A stretch of DNA of 64,000 nucleotides. It comes from Schizochytrium sp. TIO01 (taxonomy: Eukaryota; Protista; Bigyra: Labyrinthulomycetes). Positions 8,726 through 19,608 of this stretch are shown here, one piece after another. A program made the position numbers and the translations under genes. The stretch covers positions 1,798,001-1,862,000 of the forward strand of contig SMSO01000034.1 of NCBI GenBank assembly GCA_004764695.1. Direction: 5' to 3'. The notes beneath the pieces were generated by a model that was not told the DNA's origin, did no database searches, and saw nothing but the letters and a program-made list of their open reading frames with translations. Numbering within the stretch: the stretch's first letter is position 1; each line of letters begins with the position of its first letter.

Positions 8726-10624
8726 TTAAAAGCAGTTCATGTTGCCAGAGGGCTGCCACTGCTTGCGAAGCATTTGCTCCCACGATGGGGAAGGTGCAGC
8801 TCCTCCAATCTGGCTCTGCTGTTGGTGTTTCTGCAACATGGAGAAGAAGAGCTGCTGGGCTTTGTCATCATCAAAGTTCATTGGAGGGAGCTGAGGAGTG
8901 TTGGAGGTTGCGCTCGTCGCGCTTGAGGAAGGAGATGATGAGCAGCTCACTTCTCTCTGGAGAGAGTTTGCCATGGACATGAGGTTTGGTGCAGCAGACT
9001 TGGAGGTTTGCTGCATGTTGCTGCTGTTGTTGAGAAGGAACTGCTCGATGGCGCGTGCATCCATGCCAAGGTTGCCATAGGCAACAGCCATGGGAGAAGA
9101 TAGATTTGGGCGAAATGCAGTCGATGGAGCTTCATTTCCAGGCTGCATTGGGAACACAGGAGGCGTGATATCTCCAGCATTATGCACAGGGCTTCCAATC
9201 ATTGAGTGTGTCGGCGTTGAGTATGCAGAGGATTGGCGCTGGAGCATCATTTGCTTTTGCTGTTGCTCTTGTTCGCGAGCTGCAGCGGCGGCTGCAGCTG
9301 CCTGAAAAAATGCTGCTTGCTGTGCAGCAGCCTTGGCGGCATCTCCATACTTGGCGGCTTGAGCGAGAAGCTCAGCATTGGTGGCACTTGGGGAGAAGAT
9401 ACCCTGGTAAAAGTTCTGATGCATTCCTTGCAAAGGAGACTGAGCTGTGAGGGAACCGCCACTGTTGTTATTGGCAGATGTCGTGGCAGCAGCAGCAGCG
9501 GCGGCGGCAGCAGCAAGAGACTGAGGAGATGGGTTTAGGGTTTGGTTATCTTGCATGTGACTGTTTCGGGGCGCCATGATAAAGTCGCCTGTGCGCTGCA
9601 TTTTGTGGGGGCGGGTATCCACAGGTGCAGGAGGTACAAAGCCATTGCCAAGTTTGCGCTCGCGGAGAGAAGAAGGCTTGGACTCGGGGTTTGGGTGAGC
9701 AAGCTGTTGGTTGTTGGGGGTGGTGATGAGATTCACAAGTTTCTCCTTCTTGTTGATGTACTCATCACGAGGGGACGATGAGCTGTCCATGATTGAGCTG
9801 CCATCATCGGAAAGGTCGTCAGTCTCCGGGTTGCTTCCAGAGCTAGACTCGGAGTGGTTACGCTTACGCTGGTGCAAATGGGTTTTGTAGTGCGAGTTGC
9901 GGCCAGAGGTTTGTGTGAAGCGTTTGTTGCACCCGGGGAAGGGGCAAGGGTACGGGCGGTCTCCAGAGTGGACACGGTAGTGGGTCTGGAGGTTGGCCTT
10001 GAGCGCGAAGCGTTTGTTACATCCCTCAAAGTTGCATACAAAGTTCTTCTCGCCGGTGTGCACAAGATTGTGGCGCTTGAGCTTTGCACGTTCGTAGAAG
10101 CTCTTGTGGCATCCAGGGTAGGCGCAGTGGAAACGTTTGGGCTGGTGCGTGAGAAGGTGTTTGCGAAGAACTTTCTTCTCCTTGAAGGCCTTGTCGCAGT
10201 TGGGGAAGGTGCACTTGAAAGGGCGCGGGTCGGCGCGGGCCTTGGCGATCACTGCGTTTTCTTGACTCTTGTCAAGGTACAACTGAAGTTCTTGCTGACG
10301 AATGACGTCCTCAATCAGATTTGCTTGCCTTGATTTGCTTGAGTCATTGTTGTTGTTGTGTGAGTCCATCTGAGCGCGTGCTTGAAATTCTGAAAGTTGT
10401 TGCTGAAGCTTCTGTGTGTTGGCAGCGTTGAAGAGGTTGCTGTTAAACTCCTTATTGTTCGTTGCAGGGTTGCTGTCAATGTTTTGGCATTGCTGCTGCT
10501 GAGGCAAAGCCGAGATGCGGCGGTTTGGCAATACATTTCCCTGTACACTGTTGTTGTTGTTAGTCATGTTGCCGTTCATGGCGAGCTGTCTGAGTGCTGC
10601 GGCCATCTGTGCTGCTGCTGTCAT
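8726..10624 (-). CDS. YY1/Pleiohomeotic-like C2H2 zinc-finger transcription factor (632 aa, four tandem fingers)
   Basis: First ATG at 10624 (MTAAAQMAAAL...; ORF-track start at 10723 is GTG). Four fingers encoded at 9878-10219, e.g. KLKRHNLVHTGEKNFVCNFEGCNKRFALKANLQTHYRVHSGDRPYPCPFPGCNKRFTQ, closely matching human YY1 as I recall it ([58 protein letters not shown]). Poly-Q/N/A tracts; RKR basic patch after finger 4. Confidence 0.92.
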   Translation of the reverse strand: MTAAAQMAAALRQLAMNGNMTNNNNSVQGNVLPNRRISALPQQQQCQNIDSNPATNNKEFNSNLFNAANTQKLQQQLSEFQARAQMDSHNNNNDSSKSRQANLIEDVIRQQELQLYLDKSQENAVIAKARADPRPFKCTFPNCDKAFKEKKVLRKHLLTHQPKRFHCAYPGCHKSFYERAKLKRHNLVHTGEKNFVCNFEGCNKRFALKANLQTHYRVHSGDRPYPCPFPGCNKRFTQTSGRNSHYKTHLHQRKRNHSESSSGSNPETDDLSDDGSSIMDSSSSPRDEYINKKEKLVNLITTPNNQQLAHPNPESKPSSLRERKLGNGFVPPAPVDTRPHKMQRTGDFIMAPRNSHMQDNQTLNPSPQSLAAAAAAAAAATTSANNNSGGSLTAQSPLQGMHQNFYQGIFSPSATNAELLAQAAKYGDAAKAAAQQAAFFQAAAAAAAAREQEQQQKQMMLQRQSSAYSTPTHSMIGSPVHNAGDITPPVFPMQPGNEAPSTAFRPNLSSPMAVAYGNLGMDARAIEQFLLNNSSNMQQTSKSAAPNLMSMANSLQREVSCSSSPSSSATSATSNTPQLPPMNFDDDKAQQLFFSMLQKHQQQSQIGGAAPSPSWEQMLRKQWQPSGNMNCF

Positions 10625-11300
10625 TTCCAGCCAGTGTCGTCCTTCTACGTGTGCTTTCGTCTGTCTCAAGAGGTAACAGTCAACTCGTTGACCTCTGATA
10701 CACGAGCTCTTCGCTCCTGGCACTTGTCCTCTAACTTCGCTAGAGGCTCAAACAAAGTCCTAAATAACACTCAATCGATCAATCGCTCAATCAACGAGTG
10801 AACCGATCAATGCCTGATCAACAGAACGAGCACTCAAACAAAGCCACGCCGCGACGGGCGAGTCTCTTCTTCTTCTTCTTCTTCTTCAGCGGCCTTGCGT
10901 GCGTGCGTGCTTGCGTGCTTGCTTGTGCCTGGTCTTTCTTCGCTGCTCTGGCCTGAGCACTATGCTTGCTGCCTGGTTCGTCTTATTATCAATGGTCTGT
11001 TGTCGCTGGAGCGGCTCGGATGGGCTGCAACGGCGTTGTGAGTTTGCTGGGTCTTGGCGAGGGCTCGCACGAGATGTGAGTAGAGGCGGTAGTATTCTTA
11101 TTGTTTTTTGGTATGTATAACAAGTATTGTAAGAATGTTGGTTGCTGTTTCTTTGTTTACAGATTAGTTTCTGAGTTTTTAATTAAATTAATTAAAAAAA
11201 GGAAGGAAGGAAGGAAGTCAGTAAGTCAGTAAGTATGGAAGGAAGGAAGAAAGAAAGAAAGAAAGAAAGAAAGTTAGTTGGTGTTTTTATTTAGCTTGAA
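10625..11300 (-). promoter_or_regulatory. Putative 5' UTR/core promoter of the YY1-like gene
   Basis: GC-richer ~480 bp with (TTC)n and (GCTT/GCGT)n tracts on the + strand, followed by an AT-rich block with (GGAA)n/(AAAG)n; positional inference only. Confidence 0.45.
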
Positions 11301-14300
11301 TCTCTTTTTATTCTCTTCTATGTGGGTGTTTCCTTCCTCTTTTCATTTCTTCCTGTTGCTCCCTTTCCTTTTCTTTTATGTTATAGACACATGCATCAGC
11401 ATTAAAATGATCGGTATTTTATTTGTGGTGCATATAGCATAGTTCGTCGTTTATAGTGAACTTAAAACTTGTTTAAGTAGTCGAAAGAAAGAGAATGGAA
11501 TGGAGAGAGTAAAGAGGCGGGTTGAAAATAAAAGTAAACGAAGAGCGTCTTGTTAGTTCATTGTTTTTCTTTTGCGTAGGATAAAAAGAAGAAAACAGAG
11601 TTTTGAGAGGGCACAGGGTGAAAGAAATTTTGAGTAGCCAGTAAGGTAAGGAGGTGAGTCTGTGAGAAAATGAGTAAGTAGTCATTCTCATGAGTGCGCT
11701 ACGGAAATAAAGAAATATGTCTGAAATATAAATGTCAATTTTTACTCAAGCAATAAATTAAATAACACTATATATTAAAATACGAAGCTTTTCATTGAAA
11801 CCAGCTGATTCATGACATAATTCGTTTGAAAGCCTTGTTGCCCAAACTAAACAAATCATATACTATAAAAAAGATTCGTGTGTTCAACCTTTTGTCTCAC
11901 CATGATCATTTCGTTTTCATTCAAGTTGATACTTAATAAAAATAAAAATAAATAAAAATACATACTAATTAAATTCATCAGGGGCTTACAGAGACCATCA
12001 GTGCAGTGAGAGACTGCGAGTGAGAGACTGCGATTTCCTTGGAATATATTTTAGAATACGACTTCTTCGGTGTTCAACACTGCATTGAAACTCTTGCATT
12101 AGTGAATCGTGGACAGATGGACGAATGGATGAATGAATGGTCTGGTCCTCTCTGTTCTACTGCAAGGTGGAGTTCACGCTCGTTTACAGATGTTGTAAAA
12201 GAGTATTATTCTTAATTTTAAAATAAAATACGTTTTAATAAAAATAAATTAGAATAATCAAAATCATGAATTACAAGAGGGAGAAGAGAAGAAAGAAAAA
12301 GCTGAGAATGAAAAATAGTTGTCCCCTCAGAGCCGAGCCAAGAAAAAGGAAAAGAGGAACCAAAGCACGCGATGTTCGAAAACCACGAGAAAAAGCTCAC
12401 AACACAGCGTTATAAGGAGCGGGAAAAGCGTAGAATGTTAAGCAAATATCATATAATGAATGATTGAAGAAAAAAGGTTGGCATTTTGTTCAATCATTTT
12501 ACCCGCATAGATCTTTTATGGTGAACTCATCTTTATTTTTCATCACCGAAGCACCATTTCCACGCAAACTAAGAGGAAACAAAAGAAAGAAGAAAGATAA
12601 ACGAACAATGGATAATTTTCTGAGATAGTCAGTCATTTGGGTACTTATAAAAACCCTTAAAAACCCCATTAAAAAAAATAAACAATTGGGATGGAAGAAG
12701 ATACACTCTCTATCAGCTATAACAGTGAGTGCAAAGAGGTTGGTTCACTTTCTACTTCTTTTCGCTTTCTTTTTTGTCCTTGCATGGGACAGATCAAGTC
12801 AGTCTGGTTACCTGGTAGGACCTTCTAGTGCTTGGTTAATTAGCTACTACTTCGTACTCGTGAGCCATCAAGTGCAAAAAGTATTCATTCGCTTTCTGCC
12901 TCTAAACTTCCTAAAAAGGGCACTTTTAAGTAAAGGTCAAATGTAAAAGATCAAATTAAAAAGAAAAAAGAGCTCTCCATGAACTGTCGCTTTTAGCTTT
13001 GTTTTTAATTATTAAAAAAGAAGAAGACAATTTCATTTAACACGTAAAAATTGTAAAAAAGAGGACTCTGGTAAAGAGAGAGAGAGAAAAAAAAAGAAAG
13101 CTGGCGCTTCTTAAAAAGAAAAGAAAAGATAATAAACAGGCACTGATTAAAATAAAATACGCCTCGCTCATTTTTCTTTTGTTTTTCTTTTACCCATCGT
13201 TGGTGGGAAAAAAGCAAAATGAAATAGATGTTTCTTTCAAATCATCGATCGATTGATTCGATTGATTGACCATCATAGTAGTATCTAGAAGTGAGCAGGA
13301 TCTGAGATTTCTGTCGTGTCCGCTGCTGAGGGCGTAGTAAAGTGTCGCGCAGCGTGAAGACCAATCCAACAATGAGGAGGGTGATGAGGAAGAGATGTGG
13401 CCCGTGGTGTCGTCTAATCAGTTCGAAGACAGCGCAGTGAGAATGATTTTGCGAGTCAGCTAAAGCCAAAGGAAAGATTGCCTGCCCATCGTATGATATC
13501 CTATTTAATTTCTTTTTTCTTTTTCCTTCAACGTTTCGAAGCAAAGCTCGAAAAAACTTGAATGAACTCAACTCAGTTTCCTCTGATTTTCAATCAATCG
13601 TATAAGGCCCCGTAGGCACTCATAGGCTTGGAAGGACGGCGCATGTGCCGTGTCTGTTTGTTTTGGATGGTCGCTCGCGGACACGAATTTTCGTATGATG
13701 GAGTAAAAAGTACCTACAGTCGTACTAAGGGGGCTACTTACTTCCTTGTTGACATGTCAATCACTCTTCGTAAAAGAAGCTAAGTTGCGGTAAAGCGGAG
13801 AGACTGATGATGAGAGATAGAGATTCTGACTGCTTTAGGCATACTATTGAGGACACAGAAAACCATTTTAAACTCTGCCTGTTCTTGCGCTCCAACTGAT
13901 ATTTTTTCAAGAAAGGAATTCGAGAGAGCTGCCTCCTTCTACTATAGTTTCTAAAGTACTTCTTTGTGCCTTCAGAGCTATGCTCTGCAAACCATCATGT
14001 TTTACATTAAAAAATATATATTGAAAAAGAGACCTAACCAACCACTAACTAAAGATTTCTACTAAATGTTTCAAGTTTCGTTCGAAAGTATAATTTTTAT
14101 CGCATGAATGATAAAAGTAACAAAAGTGAGGATTCCATTAGTAATTCTGATGTGACAGAATGTTGGGAAACCAAGTACAGCGCAGAATGAGGAAGAAAAA
14201 GGCAGAGGAAGTTGCAGCTCGCCATGCAAACAAGTGAACTTGGAGTATTCTCATTTCAAACTTTTAGAAAAACAAATCAAACTGAAAGAAAAGAAAAGAA

Positions 14301-14587
14301 AAGGTTAATCATTGCGTAGCAGCAAGCAAATGCTGCCCCAAAGTGGCCAGCGGTAGAGGTCTTCTTCCTGCCCATCTGCCCCCCTTTGCTGCATCGCTGC
14401 TCTGCATCGGTGTTATGCACTCAGTAATTCTCTCGATTTCGATATTCAAGCCGATTTTCTAAGAGAATGGAGTATAAATCAATGATTTAATTTTTTTTAT
14501 ATAAAAACATTTAAATTAATGATGACAAAGGTAAAGAAGATTGACTCACTGATGTGCCATGTATGCACACTGAGTAAGCAAGCAATT

Positions 14588-14618
<31 letters not shown>

Positions 14619-14840
14619 GCTAACTAGCTAACTAACTAACTGACTAACTAACTAAATAACTGAATAACTAACTATCTAATTTACTAATTAACTAACTAAT
14701 TAATTCTAATTCACTAATTCACTAATTCACTAATTCACTAACTAACTAACTAACTAGCTAGCAACTAACTAGCTAACTAACTAACTGATTAACTAACTAA
14801 CTGACTAACTAACTATCTAATTCACTAACTAACTAACTAA
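14588..14840. repeat. (CTAA)n array with CTAG/CTGA variants and an internal (CTAATTCA)n block
   Basis: Direct reading, ~250 bp. Confidence 0.95.
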
Positions 14841-17800
14841 TCAAGAAAGGTAAGGCAAGAAAGTACTCCTACCTTCTTCTAATAATCATTAGTCGGCGCG
14901 AGATCTTCTTCTTCAATCGGTCAATCACAACAGCAAAAGTAAACAAATAAACAAAGCGAATGAATGAATCATCATCGAAGAACGTCGTTGGGGATACGAG
15001 AATCCTCCTCTGCGCTGGCAAATCAAAAGGTATGCCGTGGGTGCGATAAGGAGTCACATGCCTGCATAGGTCGTTGGCCTTTCCTTTCGCATCTCCCACC
15101 ACTCACAAACAAGCAATCAAACTCGTTGGTCATCGCAGTTAGCTTTGATTGATTGATTGATTGATTGATTGCGCCTTAGACTCTCTCCCTTCGTTACGCC
15201 ATAACGCATCAACAACGCACAGAGGCATAGAGCCACGAGGTAATCTGTGGAGAGAACGCCGCGACAGGCAGCTCCGCCTGCGACCGACCAGGGCCTGCTG
15301 CTTGGAGTGCAGTGAGTGAGTGAGTGCATTTCGCGATCTGACTGAGATGGAGCAGCTTCGAGCGTGTCGTTGTCCCTGGAAGGCGTCTCAAGTTGGCTGA
15401 TGATTTTGGCAGATTGGCAAGATTGCACTGCACTGCACACACACTCACTCATTCACTCACTCTGAGTACTCAGTCACTCACTCATTCAATGACTCACTCA
15501 ATGACTCATTCGCTAATTCACCATCGCACGCACACACGAGAGATGCTCGAGGTCTTCCTTCCTGAGCGGATGCTTCTTTTCTGAGATTACTCACTCACTC
15601 ACTCACTCACTCAGTCACTCGATGACTGTGACTCATTCCATTCATGCACGATTTGTGGAGTTGAAGTCGATTCGATTGAATACAACATAACATAATATGG
15701 AGTGTCTGGAAGATAGAAAGATTTTGATTGTTTGTTTGATTGATTGATTGATTGCTCAATCGAATGAATGAATAAATAAATGAATGAATGGAAGCAGGAA
15801 TGAATGAAGGAATGAATAAATGAATGAATAAATGAATGAATGGAAGCAGGAATGCTGTTGGTGGTTTCCAAGACTTTTACAAGTTAAGATTCGGGTTCGG
15901 GCTAGTTTATTTAATTGACAGAGTTAGTTCTTGCTTCGCTATGGTTGGGAAAAGGTAAGTCCACGAGTCGTCGCGACTAACTCGAAGTGGAGCAGACTCG
16001 GCAACCACAGAGAATCATAGGTAGGTAGGTAGGTATCACCGCTGTTTCTTTCCCATCATGGCGACCAAAAGAAGGCAGTTTCAACAGCACTTATTAATTA
16101 ATTAATGAATGAATGAATGAATGAATTCAATCGAAATCTTATACAAAGGGTTGTCTATCTTCTTCTCTCCTTCTCCTTGGCTACTAACGAAAGCACGGAC
16201 GCTAGCGTGCCAAGGAAGGTATTTAGATGCCGCAAATTATCGCTGCCGACCTCTCAGGCCGTGCCAAACCGACCAGCACAAACTGGCATCACTCACTGCT
16301 GCTGCTAGTGGAATACTATCCCGATTTCTTTCAGAATGCATCTCAAGAAATGTAGAAAGAGCCAGAAATTAGACAACGCGTGAGTGATGGAGTGAGTGAG
16401 TGCTTTGGGGCTTCCTTTGTTTTTTTGTCCTCTATATATCTGTCTATCTAATATGATAGATATCATTTTTAATATTCTTTTCAAAAGTTTAAAAATTAAG
16501 CAGTAGATTTTTTTTTAAAGGAAAGAAAGCAAAGGAAGAAACATACCAAACCTTACCAGAACAGAGTAGAACAGAACAGAAAAACTTGGTGAAAAGGAAG
16601 AAATGCAGAGTCGGTCGGGACAGAGTCTATCCTTCCAATACACTCTGCTACGTGTTGATGATGAGGTAAGTAAGCGAAGAAAACCATGAAGTTTAGATCT
16701 TCGATGCGCTATCGCGATAGTTTGAACAGAGCAAGTTAAAGGCACTTAATAAAAAATACATGCAAGCATTGGTGAAAGAAAAGCTTTGAGCAATCAGCCC
16801 TTTTCTTGAAATGTTGCATGCGGGTATGATGATTTTGCCAATGATCAAACAAAAAATTGGCGTGTGAAGGAGAGGTCGATCGATGGTTGCGTCGTGTTGA
16901 CTAGCTAACTTACACCTTTCCCTGAGGAAGCACGATGTAAAACAAGCCATTCGAAGCCGCAAAATTCGAAAGAACGTCAAGTATCTTTCGGTCTGCCTGC
17001 CCACCTGAATGACCGACATACACGGCTAATTAATTTTCATTTTTCGTTAGACGGAATCGGCGCGAGGTCTTTCAATGTGGTACCAATTCCAAGTTCGACT
17101 CCACCACTGCATTTGCGATCTTTGTTGTCGTAAAGGTCAATCGATCGAGCCTTGGAAGGCGTAGAAGGCCAACATCGAGATCCGAGCGTCTCTGGAGGTC
17201 AGGAGAAAGCTATTCGGCAGTCTGTCCACCACTATGGACGCAATTTTGGAGGCGGAGGTGCCCCATCTTCTTCGAGTCCGTTTTGGATCTTGTCTTCTTC
17301 GAACCCCTCATTTGTTTCCGAGTTTTCTCCACAGATCCACGATCGAAAGGGACAATGGTGTATCTTCTCTCTCTATATCTATCTTTGGCCATGAAGAAGT
17401 GACATGCTTATGTAAGGTCTTTCGCATTGGTCTTTTTCATCTGCGTGAGTACTTCATGAGATTGATTGGTCATTTTGCATGCATGCTTCAGACAGGGTTG
17501 AGCTGAGGAGTTGCCAAGCCACGAGTTATTATCTCCGCAATCGCTGACTCTTCTCTCTCTAGTGGCTTGGGAAGCCGAGGTGGGACGTGGTCTCACGTGC
17601 CGCTCGAAAGGGGACTTATAAAATTCAAGAACTTGAGCTCACACCGTCACCTTTGTGCGACAGCGCGTCCCTCCTTCTTGTCATACATAAAACAGTAATC
17701 CCATTGAAATAGTAACCATTGTTTGTTTGTTTATTTGGTTTGATTGTTTGTTTGATTGTAATTCCGTGGAGAAGAAAAAACAACCAAATCAATCTCTGCG

Positions 17801-19514
17801 AGACTAACTTACTTACTCACTTCGTGGCTCCGTTTCGACTGTCGATGGTCAATGGTTTAAGTGCGAAGGCGTACATTTCGAGCGGGCGCTCCCTCCAAAA
17901 CAGGGTCAGGGAGGGGTGCAAATAAATCATGAGAATCCTGTTTCACGCGGTCCGAACAGATGAGCTCTGTTTGGAAAGCAGCAAGAAAAGCGGGTTTTGG
18001 GAATGTAATTTCTAAAGTAAAATCAATTTAACTATCCAAAGCTGTCAAATTCATCCAACGTTTATTGATCAGGAAGGAAGGAATAAAGGAATGAAGGAGC
18101 GCCTCGAATCGTCTGAGTTGGTTATCCTTACAGATGGATCTTCTCAAGAACCTAGCTAGAATCAGCCCAAGCTAGCCAAGGCCGCGATCTGAATCCGCGG
18201 AGCCCAGCAGCCTTGACGTAAGTCCAGGCACTTAGAGTTCGGGCTTCCCGAAGGGACCTCGTCTGGAGTCGATTAGTTCGCTCTTTTTGCATATTTTTAA
18301 ATTATTAGAATGCTTCAAGAAAGAAAGAAGTCAAAGAAAGAAGTCAAAGAAAGAAAGAAATGATGAATGCGCTGACTCGCACTGACAAGATGATTGAGAG
18401 ACACGTGAAAGACCCGACTGTGTCTGCAAAGTACAAATAAACAAGTCTAAAAGCTTCTTCTCCAACTTCCTGTGAGCCGAACGGAAGGAATCGAGCGGCC
18501 TCAGCTTTGAAAAATCAAACGAAAGAAAGAAAGAAAGAAAAGGTTCGAGTCATTTTCGCTTCCATGGATGACGAATGTAAACACTCACTCACTCACTCAC
18601 TCACTCTTTCTCGTTAGAGTCGATGCAGAAGCAGAGGTTGATTGATTGATGTATCGATTGATGTATTGAATGATGTATTGATTGACAGGTTGGTTGAATG
18701 GATTGGTTCACTCGGTAACTGTAACTCTGTGCGATCGCAGCAGCAGCACTCGATCTCAGGTAAGTCATTTGCGAAGCCTGTCTTTCTCTCCCTTCATTCA
18801 CAGCGCAAGATTAAATAAAAAAACTACTGCAGTAGAGCTCCCATATGCATGGCTTTGTGATGGAGATTCCTTCGTTCGGAAGGGCGATCGATATGAGGTT
18901 CTCCCATGCAGAGCATACGCGGCATATGCAGCAGCGGCGCCATTGTCAGAGACGCGGAGTTTCCAGGTCGAGGAAGCTCCTCCTTGATTTTGCTCTTTGT
19001 TTGTTTGTTTGTTTTATTTGATAGATTGATTGATTGATTGATTTATAAAAATGAGCAATTACCCTTAAAAAATAAAATAAAGATTAAGATTGCGACAAAT
19101 TCGAAACTAACAACAATAGTGATAGTGGCAATAACAATAATAGTTATAATACCAAAAGAATGCCAAACAGATGGAAAAGAAGGTTATGAATACCGACTGA
19201 CTGACTATGTCGCTCCTCGTCAACGAATGCTCCACGAGCAAGCTCAGCCGATGCTGCGCTGGACTAGGATTCGTTTGTTGGCGACAGGCCGCCTTAGCGG
19301 ATCCTGGTCTCTGTGGAAATAAGGAGGCGCCACCAGCCAAGGCGGGACGGCTTGTCGCAAAGGCGGACCACAAGTGGCCAAGCGCACTCAATCTCAATCT
19401 ATGCCTTTCCTTTCTGACTGTTTATTGGTGCTAAGAATAAGACAACGCACCCTCAAAAGAATTCGTTATTATGATTTGTTAATGGATGTAAGAAATCGAG
19501 TGATCATTTATTGT

Positions 19515-19608
19515 GAATGATAAATGAATGAATGATAAATGAATGAATGATAAATGAATGAATGATAAATGAATGAATGAATGATAAATGAATGAATGAT
19601 AAATGAAT
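19515..19608. repeat. 15-bp higher-order repeat (ATGATAAATGAATGA) x~6 derived from GAAT
   Basis: Direct reading. Confidence 0.9.

Noticed and set aside
9935-9956. Canonical G4 motif GGGGAAGGGGCAAGGGTACGGG on the template strand of finger 4
   Set aside because: Explained by Pro codons in RPYPCPFPG; no independent support.
10625-10723. GTG-initiated extension of the zinc-finger ORF
   Set aside because: Non-ATG start in a eukaryote; first in-frame ATG is at 10624.
14588-14840. (CTAA)n as an interstitial telomere
   Set aside because: Unit is TTAG without a G-run and fits the general tetranucleotide repeat family here.
13800-18430. C/D-box snoRNA-like TGATGA...CTGA pairs (~13805, 14520, 18360)
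   Set aside because: Spacing too short or no terminal stem or recognisable rRNA guide; such words are common here.
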